64,000 nucleotides of DNA, taken from Podarcis cretensis. Taxonomy: Eukaryota. Made by a program: the position numbers and the translations under genes. Location: the NCBI GenBank assembly GCA_951804945.1, contig OX638166.1, positions 38,440,001 to 38,504,000 on the forward strand. The letters run 5' to 3'. The notes under the pieces are model-generated. The model was not told where the DNA came from and ran no database searches. It was given only the letters and a program-made list of their open reading frames with translations. Each line of letters starts with the position of its first letter. Position 1 is the first letter of the stretch. This document shows, one piece after another, positions 12,040 through 25,268 of the stretch.

Positions 12040-12303
12040 TGTTATGTACTGAAGTTCTCACCCTGGGCCAGCAGGGGGATACTGTAGATAGTTTTCACTC
12101 AGGTCCACACATGCAAATAAGGGATTGAAAGTGACATTCAGTGATTGGATAGTTACAGAAAGTTGTTACAGTTGCATTGTAGTGGAGCTCTATATAAGCC
12201 GGCTGGCTGAACCCTTCAGTTCAGTTCTGTTCTGGCCTGTGAATAAACGAGCTGTTTGAAGAATTGCTGTGTCTCATCTGATATGTTCACCCACAGCTTA
12301 ACA
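12040..12303 (+). mobile_element. Solo LTR (264 bp) inserted in the CpG island
   Basis: TGTTA...TAACA termini, 5-bp flanks actgc/gctgc, ATGCAAAT at 12111, inverted CCAAT at 12144, TATATAA at 12191, AATAAA at 12242; abrupt drop in GC inside the island. Confidence 0.8.
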
Positions 12304-12508
12304 GCTGCCTCGGGCAGCAGATCCCCGTGCAACTCTTTCTTCCCTGCTTGCTCCCGAAGCAGATCTTCACTCCGCTTGGGTCGGGTTGGGGCTTCTCCTG
12401 CTGCCATGTAAACAAGAAGAGCCGCTTCCTCAGGATTCGCACAAGGCCTGAGACCCCAGCCTGCCTTTGGCAGAGGCGCCCAGAGCCCGGCGGATGGGGC
12501 GGTGCGGA

Positions 12509-12727
12509 GGCAGCGTGGCACAGTGGTTAGAGTGGCCCAACTAGGACCTGGGAGAGACTACAGTTCAAATCTCCCGCTCGGCCACGAAGCTCACTGGATG
12601 TGGCCGGTGGGGGGCAGTCGCTGCCTCTCAGCCTAGCCTACCTCACAGGATAGTTGCGGGGTAGTAGCTGAGGATGGGGGAACGCAGCATCTCTGGAAGA
12701 AAAAGTGGGATCTAAATGCTACAAATG
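12509..12727 (+). mobile_element. tRNA/CORE-type SINE (Squam3/MIR-like)
   Basis: agtggttagagt...gttcaaatc head and gcctagcctacctcacagg core. Confidence 0.72.
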
Positions 12728-13132
12728 AAGAAACACACACACACACGGGAAGAAAGCGCAGTAGGAGATAAGCCGAGTTTCTGAAAATGGGGAAACTAAA
12801 GGCCTAGACCACTGCAATGTTGTCGGTGGTAACAAGACCATTGGGCCACAAGCCTCCCGTGAAAAGGAAGGAATAACTTCTCCCAGGGCAAGCCATGCAC
12901 TCCTACCTGCCCAAGCACAGCCGGCACACACCTGTCAGGGGAGGCTGCATATTTCCCTGCACATTTCGCCAGGCGGGGCTGCATGCTCAGCAGTGACAGA
13001 GCATCTTATGAGGGTTGCCAGACTTTGGCCCTCTTTGCGGGGGGGGGGGGGGCGGCAACCCTGTAAGCAAGTTCGGAGCATTGTTTCCAGCCTGGAAACA
13101 GCCTGTTTTTAAACCGTTCCTAAAGGTAAAAT

Positions 13133-13493
13133 GTTAGAGACACAGATGGCGCTGTGGTCTAAACCACAGAGCCTAGGACTTGCCGATCAGAAGGTTGGCG
13201 GTTCGAATCCCCGCGACAGGGTGAGCTCCCGTTGCTCGGTCCCTGCTCCTGCCCACCTAGCAGTTCAAAAACATGTCAAAGTGCAAGTAAATAAACAGGT
13301 ACCACTCTGGCAGGAAGGTAAATGGCATTTATGTGCACTGCTCTGGTTCGCCAGAAGCAGCTTAGTCCTGCTGGCCACATGACCGGGAAGCTGTACGCTG
13401 GCTCCCTCGGCCAATAAAGCGAGATGAGCGTCGCAACCCCAGAGTCATCCGTGACTGGACCTTATGGTCAGGAGTCCCTTTACCCTTTACCTT
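13133..13493 (+). mobile_element. Sauria SINE, full length
   Basis: A/B-box head (GGTTCGAATCC), CCTTTA tail, TSD taaaggtaaaat at 13121-13132 and 13494-13505. Confidence 0.9.
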
Positions 13494-15295
13494 TAAAGGT
13501 AAAATACTCATGGCCATGTGTACGGTATTTTCCCTTTTTAATGCGAGCGTGGATTTAGGCGAATTTCTCCTCTGTCTAGATAACTCTTTTACCAATGTGC
13601 ATTTTATAGGGTGGGAGGGAACGATAAAAAGAACCGCAGCCTCAATTGCACGGTGATCTGGTTCCGCAGTCCTCCACTGCTGGCAATTGGTATGGGTGAA
13701 ATTGCAACCACACCCAGCAAAATACTGCTAGCTTGCAACCAAGCCCTGCAGTGCTGTGCAGCTGCACCTGAGGCAGCCACACTCACCTACCTTCCCTGAG
13801 AAGCAAAGCTGTGTCTGATAATAAACACAAAGAAATCCACAATCCCAGAGTGGGCATTATTGGGACCAACCAAAATTTCTTCAAAATAGTGGGCCAGCTG
13901 TTGGGTTTTCCGTAACTCTTCATCCTTCTGGATATTAAATGTGTGAGGGTGTAATAGGAAAAAGCTTGCTTGAAATTGAAATGACAATGTGTGCAATTAC
14001 TCTTAGCATGGAGATTGCAGGCTTAACTGGATGAGGCTCTTAACAGGTATTGCACAGGTTTCAAGTTGCACCCAGGATCACCAAGTGGCTAATCCCCATA
14101 ATGCAGGGATTGCCAGTGTGCCATGGTACCCTCCATGTGTCCCCCTAGTGCCCACAAAGCCTCAGCCGTCTGCCCCCTTGGGTTGGAAGGGAGGTTTTTC
14201 TTCCTTGAGAGAAGTTAGAAGAGTGGCACTATTTTTCAACTCCTCTTTCAACTCTGCTTTTCAAGGCTCAAGTTAATTCTACTGGATCAAAATTTTACCA
14301 AGATCCCTTGGGAAAGTGAGTGCATGTGTGTGCTTTCTTTTCAGTGCATGTGTGGTAATATGACTAAATGATGTGATGTCCATGACGCTCACTCAAAAAA
14401 CGAAATGTGCCCCACAGACCTAAAAGGGTTGGCCACCCTGTTCTAATGCTTTGCTTAATGTCCAATCTGATGAACAGTGGTGAAGAACTCAAAAACTTAT
14501 TTACTACTTTCCTAGTAAAGGTACTGCATAACTGTGGATTTTAGAATATTTTTTACCCCACATGGCTGTTAAAGAGGATAGATGGGGTTGGGGGACAAGA
14601 TTAACACTGCCTTGTATGAAGGCCAAGATAAAATTATAGATAGTATTACATTCATGCCACAACAAAGTAATAATTTGAATAATAGAATATTAGGGAGGGG
14701 GGTTCTCTTGTGACCGATCAGGACTGGATATAATCCATAACTTACCTTTATTAATTGAAAAATAAAGAATGAATCAGTTTTTTAAACAAAAACTAAGATT
14801 TTTATCTAAGATTGTAGACTAGATAAGAAGGTGCAAACTATTACAGCAGAAATTAAATAGATTGTTTTGAGGTAAGGGAATGTAGCCACCCCAAATCTTG
14901 GTGTTTTCTTTTTCTACCTCTGGAATCTCTCTGGACTGCTGGTGTTTTAAATTTATATACTCATTTAACAGATTTTTCTGCCATCCTAACAAAAAGTTTT
15001 TAGAGCACTCTTCAAAGTTACAAACGAAGAGTGCATATTCAGGGCATACTTCCTATCCCAAACTTCCATAGCACTTGAAGTTTTTGCTCCCGGGCTTCAA
15101 TGTATCTAAAATGCAATGTATCAATGAATTAGTAGATGAACAAGTATTGCTAAGAAAGAAGCCACAATGTCGTAATATTTACACTGTATTTTCCAGCAAT
15201 ACTATTTATTTCCTTTGGCTTTCCCTCACCCCTCTTTAGCAGAAATTGCAGTAACATCCAGACTATATTTAATTGGGTTTTTTTTCAACACAGCC

Positions 15296-15301
15296 TTTAT
15301 T
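15296..15301 (-). terminator. Candidate distal polyadenylation signal of WNK3
   Basis: AATAAA on the minus strand with upstream TGTA and U-rich tracts; alternative hexamers near 15205, 15668, 16812 and 17352. Confidence 0.45.
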
Positions 15302-18300
15302 TTCCTTTATAACAGTTTAAAAAAATATTTGTTAATGGTTGTGTACAAATGAAGTCAACTCACAGCTTGCAAAAATAATTAAAAAACACATGGAAACAAC
15401 TGCTGATAAAAGACATTCGTTTTCTACCATAAAGTTCTGGGCTATGATTTTTCAAAAACTGAATGGGATGCCTCATCCCTGTTAACAATGAACCGGTCAC
15501 CTGCATCCTCTATGCAGCCATAAAAATCTCAGCCTTAATGTAAAAAAGTAAAGAAAGGGTTTTTTAAAAAATAAGTCCTAAGATGCTACATTAAAGTATA
15601 ATTCACATACATAAAAAATATTTCTGAAATTCAGAAGTTGTTAGCAAGTATGGAAATCTAAGGAGACATTTATTCACAGCATATACCTGAATTTATCATG
15701 CTGTTTTAGTAGGCCTGCATGCTCCTCAGCAATCTCTAGCAAAAACAAAAACAAAAAACAGAATGAAAGACCTTTTCTAAATAGAATATAGTAGTTTTAA
15801 CTGAGAGGTCTTTTGTTTGCTTGTTTGAAGCTGCATTAGGAACCTCAAAGACAATTGCACTTCCAAAATGGCTGCCAAAATGTATGGTTAGGAGTTCTCT
15901 AAGGCATAAATGAACCAAAACAACACCCTTCTAGGATGCTTTGAAAATACAAAAACAGAAGTTTGTTCCTAGTCTTGCAAATTAAATCTATGGCCCTGGA
16001 AGGGAGAATTAAAACCTTACTCTTTTGCATTTTCTTCCAACAATCTATGTATATTTGTGCTTGCCTCTATCTGTGGTACAACTCGGATATATTTTACCAC
16101 AGATTCCAATAAAAAATGTTTTCCTTGCTACTTGACAGGACAGGGACACCTCTTTTTCCCTCCTCTGCAGCCACCATCTTCTTCCTTCTGTCAGATGGAA
16201 GTGAGAAAAAAGAGCTTTGTATATAACAAATGCCCTACAAGGGGTTGGTTAAAGCATAACAGGCCACAACCTGCTCCACAGGACTTTCTGCACTTTCTGC
16301 ACCATCACTAAGGGCTACTTCATGCATAATTTTTTTTCCTACATACAGGTAATCTCACTGTAGGAAAAGCATTGTCCATCATCATATGTGAAGTATATGG
16401 CAAGTATACAGGTTCTTACAGGCACTGGCTTCCAAAGTCATGCTTTCTACTGACTTGCAGCGAAGCAGTTGCCCATGGCCATATTCCACATTTTTCTACA
16501 TGGAGATTGTCTCTACATAATAAATACATCCTGTGAAGGAAGCATTTTATGCGGGAGGATACAAGTAAGGCCTCCGTTTAGCAGACAGTTTATAAATTCA
16601 TGCTTAGCCTTTTAAAGATTTTTTTTTCATTGGAAACCAACTCCTTCCGCACTCCAAAAGAATAAGATAAATGGTGATTTTTAAAAAGGAGGGGATTTGT
16701 TCTTACATACTATATGCGATAATCATTGCTGGTTTAAGCTGGATCAGTTCCATTAGCTTCAATGAGAGCTGCAAGGTAGTAAGTAGAAAATGCATAATGC
16801 CTTAGCAGCATTTTATTCTCAGGGCTCTAGAGGGGGCAGGGGCAGAATAGCATCCCATCAGTTGTACCAGGCCCTTGTGAACAACTGTTCACATGCAAGG
16901 GGTAGAATTTGGTTTGGTGAACCAATTTTATTGTACTACACTGCTCACAGTTACAGCTTCTTATAGAATGAAATGTGAATAAATTATAGGTGTGGGGTGG
17001 AATATAGACACCATAAATATTTACTAAGAAGAATAGTTTTTGAAGACAACCAGGAGGCAGGGGATGACCCAAGTCTGTATAGTGACTCCTTACAGAATCA
17101 GTTTTGCCGTTCCACCATCTAACTGCTGTATAAGTATAAAAAATACACAACCCTTCCCCCCCTTGCAAAAAAAACCAAAAAACCACGACAACATTCCAGG
17201 AGAGATGCTAAACTGGACTTCAGCTGATTAACTGAAGCAACTTTGAAATCATACAATTCACCTTTAAAGAGGTACAGCCTACAAAAATGACAGCACTTAC
17301 AATAACAGTGTTGCTGGGTTTCAGAATTCAAAATAACCAGGAATGTATCATTTTATTGCCTAAATGCAACAGAAGGCCCCTGCCGTCCACAGGTACCCTG
17401 CACACCTTGTTCAGAGCCTATGCCAATCTAACACTCCCAACACTTTAAACTTGGTTAAGGCATCAAGCTGCGGGAGGAGACCGTGTGTTCCCTCCACATC
17501 GGTCTTAATCACAGTTAAAGGTAACAGGTCGCATCCAACAGAGTCACTCAGCTGATGGTTAGGCTTCTTTTTGTCAGTGCAATAGGGAGGCAATCCGTTT
17601 TCTGTGATTCCCCCTACAGCCCCCCAACTCCCATCCTAACTCTGCTCCAGAGGATTGGGAGGCCACAGCAGATTTGGGGGGGGGGCTGCAGGGGGGCGAG
17701 GCAGTAGCTGGAAATTGCTTCCCTCCCTGTTCCCACTGGAAGTCTTACCATCAACTGAACAAAAACTCTGGATCCAACCCAATGTCGGTACAAAGCTTAG
17801 CTGTGACTAATACAAGGGGGTTTGCTTTTAACCAGAAATTTGGCTTTAGCTGGGAAACAGCACACCCTGGTTTTAACATTAACCACTGTTGAGATTGGGG
17901 CCAACGCAAACTATAACTGTGAGTCAGGCCAGCAGAAGGGGAGGGTGGGAGGAATTTGCACCCCAAAAAAGTAGAGACTGAAGAAGGGAGTGCAATTGCA
18001 CATTCTGCTGTGGATCCCTTGACCATGGTTAAGAGATCAGGAGCATTATGTTGGCACCGCCCTCAGTAGTTTAATTGTCAGCAATAATTCAATGCATATA
18101 CAAAGGAAGAATTCCTTCCTAAACAAAGCAAGCTTTTTGCACTAATTTTTCCCATTGTCAAATGGAAGACTAATGAGGCAGTGGGTCACACACTTTGCTA
18201 AGCTGCCACAACCAGTTGCAACATACAGTAGACAATGCATGGACTTGTTCTCTTCATTCACATTTCGCTATAAGTTTAACTCAATGTGATGAATAAATCT

Positions 18301-20804
18301 CTGAAGTCTTCCTTGTGAAAGTTAAATATCCTCCTTAAAACAGTAAACAGCTTGAGTGGCTAGTGCCAAATTACAAACAGGGAAATGGGCTGGGGGGGGG
18401 GGAGTGAAGAGCCATGTGTGTAAAAACACCACCTCAAATTTAAAATAGACAAGAAATATACAGGAATGGTAGTTTAGTTCACAGCCTAGACTGAAACAGC
18501 ACTAACAAATGAGGTAGATAAGAAAATGAAACTTGAAATGTAACATGGAAAAGCAACTCAGCTGGAATACAACTGAAAAATCCACCCAGTTATTAAAATG
18601 ATACATTCCATTAATATCATACAAGCTTAGTCTCAAAGCATCACAGCAGAAAAAGTGCCTTTTAAAACCCAAAACCAAATTCACAGTTTGATCCTTGTCA
18701 GGATTAAAGTTTGAAAGAACAGCAAAATGTAAGAAGGAAGGGGGGGGGAACTGGATAGTAAATGTTTTGCATTAAATGTAGAGATTCAAAACCCAACGTA
18801 TAAAACATACCAAATATTTTTCCTGTTTTGTCAAACGTACATTTCAGTGCCTCTCTCCATTTTCTAGACTGTGGTTCACTCAGGTCTCCCTAGCTGCAGA
18901 GATGGGAGTCAGGTCAAGTTTGTCTTTATTTCCTCTGAAGTTAGAAGGTGATGTGAGAAGAAGCATCACTGCCCACTGTGCACTGATTCGCCACCCCCTC
19001 TGCTGTCACCGATGGTGAAACAGGCTTTGGTTATGTTTCAAAATCCCACAAACACATGTTTAACCAAAGAATTGTGGGGCAGGGGAAAAAATCACACACA
19101 CTTAAGGGCAACAATGGCTCCATCACACCCTGGTATGGACTTATCCTCTGATTTTTGGCCACATATGGCAGGAAACCAGATGTTACAAAGTACACATGGC
19201 AGCCGCTGAAAACAGTAGCCCCCCATACTCTACAAGAAGAATATGTGAGCACAATGATGTCACATCACATGTTCCTTTGCCAGAGGTTATGGGGAAGAGG
19301 AGGAGAGGTGTGGCAGTTCTTTGGGGCAGCAGCCACTTACCCTAAGTAATCCTTAATTCCATCCTAGCTTTTAATGCCACAGACAGTGGTATAAGCACTG
19401 GCGAACATAGGTTACTTCATGACCACCATTTTCATTCCATTATCAGAAGTGAGACAGACAAACAAACCATGTCAGGATTTGCAAAAGGGAGCCCCCTATT
19501 GTCAAATGTGAAGCAATGGCTCTGGGAACTCCGAGCAGCATGGAATGGTCAGATGGCTCAATGCACAAGACACAACGTGAGATTTACAACAATAAGCAGG
19601 AAACCTTGATTGGACCAATGGAACCCTGACACATGAACACCAGTGTTCAAGGACACATGCTTGCCATTTGCACTGTGCACGTCTGCCACAAAAAACACTG
19701 GTGTACCACTGGTGTACCCAACGCACACACAATTGCTGGGGGGAATAAGGCCCTCTACCATTTCCTAGCAGATTTGTGTTTTCAAGGCTTTCAAGTCGGC
19801 TAACTTGGCAACAGTTTTCAAAGACAGCACACAATTCCATGTTTTCCTACAAGTTATCCTAACTAGAAAACATGTATTTGTAGTCAAAGTGTCCGTTTTA
19901 AAAGAGATAGCAGGGGAACATTTTTTAAAAAAACAAACAGGATTGTGTTTCTATTTTGCAAAAAAGAAAGAAAAAATATATAACACTGTTCTCTCAGTTC
20001 TTCAAACTGAACCCCCACCCCCACGTATATATAATTCAGCTGCTGCAGATCCTAATGAGAGATGCAGCAATGCACTGTTTAAACATCATCAAACTTCAAA
20101 AGACTAGAACTACTTTTTTTGACTTTCCAGTAAAAATCTGAAAAGATACTAAAGATTATCTATCACAAGGCACTGCAAATCTTTGCAGGCAGAACAAGGA
20201 GGCTGCATAATGCATGGGAAACAGGATCTTTTGTTCATGGTGGGGAGGGAAGGAAAGCCACAAAACTTCCAGAGGCTCCCAAATTCACTGGAGCTTCAAG
20301 TGTCCCTTTGAGAGGCTGAGTTCAAACAAGCAGCTTGTCTCTGCAGCTACTCCAAAAAAAGGGGGTGGGATTACAGGTAGGCCCAAACCAAAGTACTCTG
20401 ATTTATTTAATCCCATCATTTTAAACAGGATTTATCTAGTTGAAGTCCAAATCACTTTAAGGTAGAGAGATACAGCCTCCCTCCTCTTCATTCTCTAAAT
20501 ATTCATCAGCAAAGCAAGCCAGCTTCCATGTTCAACAGCATTGCAAATCTCTTACAGCACTCAGAAGACAAACATTTAACTTTGTTAACTCAAAGTGAAC
20601 CAGAGCTTGAAATATCAGTTCCCTGACATATCAGTCCAGATATATCAAGGGAGAAAACAGGTCAAGGTGTGCATCAGGAATATATTTCAAGGATTCTGGG
20701 GTCCAAAAGAATCAACTGCTACATGAAATATTACCTTGAAAAAAGTTTAAGACTATAAGTCTTATAGTCTTAAGACTCAGTAAATTAAGACCTCCATAGT
20801 CTAT

Positions 20805-21150
20805 GGCCCAGTTCGCATGTAACATTAAATAATAGTTTAAAATAAACTATGGTTTAAAACACAGGACTATATCATGCAAGGGAGGAAACAAGCCAGAGTC
20901 TGGCTTGTTGTGATGTGTGAATTCGGTTTGTGGTTTGTTTCCTGCAGATAAATCATGTGGCAAGCCAAGAACAAACCTTGGCTTCTATTCTCTGGGCAGA
21001 AAAAAACCATAAGTGAGGATTCACATGTCACATCGTGATAAACAAGCCTTCGCCTTATTTCCTGGCTCCACAGTCAGGGATGGGGGAAGAGCAAGGAACT
21101 CATGTAGGCTAAACCATAGTTTAAACTATAGTGCAATGTTGCATTGCCCT
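20805..21150. mobile_element. Old palindromic MITE-like element in the presumed 3'UTR
   Basis: Multiple AAACCATAGTTT / AAACTATGGTTT inverted subrepeats; boundaries approximate. Confidence 0.5.
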
Positions 21151-21595
21151 TGGCCCAATAAGGTCAATGTAACTGACTTAGTCTCCTGCAGAGATGAACT
21201 TGCAAGCATGGGCCTTAAAGGGCAGCTGAAGTTTAGTTTATAAAATAAGGGGGTTATGTGAGGTACAAGACTCCAGCAGGAAACGGACTTTCATGCATGT
21301 AACCTATTCAAAATAGTTTTAGATCTCTTGCTATTTTTGAACAGGCACATTTTTCTCTTTAAGTCAGAAAACCAGAAAGCCTGTCACAGCGGACCCTGGC
21401 ACTACTTTCTTGCCATCATAAATGCATGTACAACCTACTCAGTTTTCAAAAGTTCTCCGTAAAGATGGGACTTCTTAATCTTGGCAGTAGGTGATCAAAG
21501 CACAGCAACCACTTAGGTGTTTTATGCTGCAAGAGACAACACTAATCAAAAGTAGGAGCATCTATCCATTCAAATCCACTGTAAGGCAGTCAACT

Positions 21596-21650
21596 CAATG
21601 CAAAACTCTGTGCACCTGTTCCAATGCAAAACTCTGTGCACCTGTTCCAA
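21596..21650. repeat. Perfect 26-bp tandem duplication
   Basis: caatgcaaaactctgtgcacctgttc x2 plus caa. Confidence 0.95.
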
Positions 21651-22563
21651 CCTGTTTCAGTCCTTAAAACTGTGAAGTATGGATCATAAAAGAGAGGCAA
21701 AGGGGTGAGATGGGAGATGTTTTTAAATACCGTTTGGCTGTTTCCCACTCTGTTCCCACCCTTTCTGCAGCTTCCTCTCCACCACAACAAACTAACTGCA
21801 AAATAAATTTTTAAAAAGCTACATCCCCCAAACTCAAGTACTAGGTTTAGGCCAACAGCCCCAAAGGATCCACTGAATGTCATGTGCGTATGAGGATTGA
21901 GCTGCCATTATATAAACAGCTGTACTAAATTGCTCAAGAACAACTACAAGCCTTTCAGTAACAGGTAATAGGTGGCATTTGTGTCTCTTCCTTCAATGGT
22001 CCTCCAACTGTAAAAGGCCTGTCACTTGGGGTAGGAGAGGGGAGAATTTAAGACAGGATTCAGTGACAGCAAATCTTTCTGCAAATAAAATCCGCCCCCC
22101 CCAACCCGTCAATGAAAGCTGCCAATGAAACCAGACAGAAATGTAAAATTAAAAGAGGATCCAAAGTGTCACTTTCCCTGCTGCTCCCACTCCTTCAATA
22201 AATTAACTCAGATGCCAGTATGTGAACAATTTAAAAAGGGTTGCTATCAGCCTCAAAAACTCAAGGGACCTGGGGCCAGAATGACAGGGAAGGGTCATTA
22301 ATAAGCAGCACATGGGCATGCTGTCCATCTCAGGAACAATGAGATGCACAGGCCAAAGCTCTCTCAAGTATGATATAAAAAAAATCCCCCCAAAGAATAT
22401 TATATCAAGTATTCAAATAAGAGAATGCAAAGGCAATCTCCCACCACACTGCTGCTCTGGGGAATTCACCCCAAAATCCAGGCCGCAGAATGCAAGGCAG
22501 AGGAATGGAATCATGAGTTATAGGCACAGTCCCCATATCTATCATCCTTTTAGCCGTCCGCCT

Positions 22564-22893
22564 TCATTTGGGACTTGGGGGGATGGGAGCTGGGTTTTGC
22601 ACAGGTGATGCTGGAAAGGCTGGCATGCTTATCCCTGGCTGAAATGGTCCCACAGGCTGGGCAGGGACAACAACAGACTGCTGGGCTGTCCCTGAAATGC
22701 CCACCCATTGCACTGGGTAAGTTGTCCCTGTCATGGTGTTATACTGGCATACGTGGGGTACTCCATATGGCGATAGTGTGCCGGTAAAGGGGGACAGGGG
22801 AAGTCCTTGGGGCAAAGCAGCTGGTACGGTCCCTCGGATCTGGGAAAGCGAGGAAATCCATGTGGACGTGTAGCCCACTGTAGATGTTGTCGT
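22564..22893 (-). CDS. WNK3: WNK3 last coding exon
   Basis: [21 protein letters not shown]...[10 protein letters not shown]...[11 protein letters not shown], matching the WNK3 C-terminus; acceptor ttttgtttttaaag, phase 0. Confidence 0.93.
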   Translation of the reverse strand, partial: TTTSTVGYTSTWISSLSQIRGTVPAALPQGLPLSPFTGTLSPYGVPHVCQYNTMTGTTYPVQWVGISGTAQQSVVVPAQPVGPFQPGISMPAFPASPVQNPAPIPPSPK

Positions 22894-22919
22894 CTTTAAA
22901 AACAAAAGAAACAAGAAAC

Positions 22920-23760
22920 TATTATTATGATGATTATTAGTATTATTAAAATTTGTATACTGCCCTATACCTGCATGTCTCAGGGCAGTCACAACTTAAA
23001 ATCACAATATAAAAACAGAAAATACATAATAGAAACAAAAACAACCCAATAACCACCCCACCCCCCACATTTTAAAAGGGCATGCCAATCAGCCAAAGGC
23101 CTGGTTAAAAAGGAAAGGTGTATAATGAAGGTGCCAGCCAAACCTCCGTGGGGAAAGCATTCCTCAAATGGGGAGCCACACTGGCAGATGAAGATGATGG
23201 ATTTTTTGGAGCTAGCTGACCTGACTGGAAGAGTTCGTGACCAGAAGGAGGAGGATCACCAGGAAGAATGGACAAAATTTAAAGATTATTTAGTTAAATA
23301 TCTTAAGTTAAATTAATTGGAAAACTTGCAAATACCAGATAGGCTTAGGATGTAAACATGTAATGTGATAAAATTGAAATTTAGATTGGGAAAGAAAGAA
23401 AGATGTTAAGTGATTAAGTTAATTTTATGAGAATATAGGTTTTGGAAAACCGTTAAACTGATATACACTGAAATTCAACCAAGGGGATACAAGGAACTCA
23501 CTTACCAATGTTAATAAGATTAGTTTTAATAAGGCTAGGATTTATGTTTGTTTATTTGTTTGTGTGTTTAAAAATTTTGTGGAAAACTAATTTAAAAATT
23601 GGGGGGGGGGACAAATGGGGAGCCACTGCAGAAAAGGCCCATTCTCATGTTGCCACCCTCTGGACCTCTTATGGAGGAGGCACATGATGAAAGGCTTCAG
23701 AAGATGACCTCAGGGTCTGGGTAGGTTCATAGGGAAAGAGGCACTACTTGAGGTACTACT
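22920..23760 (-). mobile_element. L2-like LINE 3' fragment interrupted by an L1 fragment
   Basis: (AAT)n tail at 22920-22950; the sequence resumes after the duplicated caaatggggagccac. Confidence 0.55.
23180..23611 (+). mobile_element. 5'-truncated L1-like insertion
   Basis: 15-bp TSD caaatggggagccac (23165-23179, 23612-23626); frame WQMKMMDFLELADLTGRVRDQKEEDHQEEWTKFKDYL resembles non-mammalian L1 ORF2 C-termini. Confidence 0.7.
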
Positions 23761-24725
23761 TAAAATGAGAGGAAGTCGTTGCTTCAATTGATTCTGTACC
23801 TTTTGCTGTATCTTCCTAACAAAGGAGCACAGGAGAGGATTGAAATGTAGGAAGTGAAACAACTCAACCCTGCCAGTGGCTAAGAAATCAAATGAGGACT
23901 AAGGAGACCCAGGTTCAAACCCTCAAACAGTCATAGAGTTAACTGAGTGGCACTGGGTCAATCATCATATCTCCGCTGAACTTATTACACAGTGTTGTTT
24001 CGAGGATAAAATAATGAGAGCAGCCTGAACTCTGCCGAGCTCCTTAAAGGAAAGGCAGGAGACAAATATAATAAATAAATCCTCATGATCACCATGAAAA
24101 CTAAAAGCCTGGATTTTTCCAGTCTAACTGAACTGGAGATGGCTCTCAATATGGTAATATTTCCAACTGTTGTAGAGACTCTAAGAGGTGGGTAGACACA
24201 CCTAAGCACAAATTCTTTCACGTGGGAGGCAGCAAGGATGTTCCTTTCAGATCTTTATCTCTTTTCCAAGACTTATACAATTTTATAGGGAGAAGCTACT
24301 CTTTTTAGACACCTGCATCCTAGAACTGATGTTGGGCCTGTGTCCCCATTCCTCCATCTGTCCATCCTTCTGCGGCTTCCCAGGTCCATTAATGCAAGAC
24401 CGGGGGGGGGGGAGCTTCTATAACTCTTTGGTTTAGATCCACTCCGCTAGTTTTGGAGTGAAGTCTTGGAGATTAAACCTAGGAGCAACCCTCTCTCCTC
24501 CCCTCCCTGAAGAGGTGACAATCCTGAGTTCACATGGACTCCAGCTATTACACATAGTGTAATAGCTAGAGAAAAACAGGTGCCTCCCCATAATGCCTGG
24601 GTTGTGAAAATGATTAAGTGGGGGTGGGGAGCAAGGTCACCCCCAGCAGGACAACAGCTAAGGTATCTCAGCTTGCACAAGCTCACCCTTGTGAACTTTA
24701 TTTTATGAAATCCCACCCCCCTCAC

Positions 24726-24928
24726 CTCATATACTTTGCTCCAGCTGTCGGAGTCCAGCCGATGCTTGTTCTGTTTGATCTGGTTGAGACTTGGCTTGAT
24801 AAGGGAGTTCCCCACCTTTTCTTTTGTCCAGTCGTCCACCAGTTTGTGCAAGTCATCTGTGAACATCCCTTTCTTACTGGCCGTCGTCTGCTGACAAGAA
24901 GCAGTGCTGCTGACGATGCAGAGCTGGT
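24726..24928 (-). CDS. WNK3: WNK3 penultimate coding exon (203 nt, phase 1 to 0)
   Basis: Contains the WNK-conserved [16 protein letters not shown] motif; acceptor cccttag, donor GAG|gtgag. Confidence 0.93.
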
Positions 24929-25268
24929 CTAAGGGCGTGGGAAATATTTTAAAGCACATTACAGAAAGCAGAAACAATCCGTAAAAATGGGATGTGCCGT
25001 TTGGGTCTCTTCCCACAGGGGAGGGTAGCGGCGTAGATTGCGTGGCTGGTGTGGGTACATGTGCCCCGGAGTGGAGTGTGCGTGAACAGAGCCCTCACCC
25101 AGCCCACACCACTAATGCCGCTGGAGTGCCCTCCCCCTGCCACCAAGTAGGGCTGCTCTGCGCCCCTGCCACCTGCAGCCCTTGGAGGGCGCAATGCACA
25201 TATATCCTAAGGGCGCACTCTGCCTTCCAGCTCTGCACCACTTAGCAATGCTGCAGGGCTGGGTGAAG

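Larger units (their letters stand above)
10500..12520. promoter_or_regulatory. CpG island / FAM120C promoter with clustered ZNF143-THAP11 (ACTACAnnTCCC-like), YY1 (GCCATnTT) and ETS (CGGAAGT) motifs
   Basis: Very GC/CpG-rich compared with the flanks; SBS-like motifs near 11302, 11366, 11445, 11511, 11725, 11879; YY1-like near 11221, 11395, 11540, 11840; GGCGGAAGT near 11599. Confidence 0.85.
15280..22563 (-). other. WNK3: Probable long WNK3 3'UTR
   Basis: Follows the stop codon; AU-rich, with no obvious SINE or LINE insertions unlike the introns; ends at AATAAA (15296-15301). The end point is inferred. Confidence 0.55.

Noticed and set aside
13140-13215. tRNA gene-like A/B boxes (also near 38750 and in other SINE heads)
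   Set aside because: SINE heads with body, tail and TSD; no cloverleaf.
14464-14500. Second hammerhead-like CTGATGA motif
   Set aside because: GAAA core and stems are degenerate; at most a decayed Penelope remnant.
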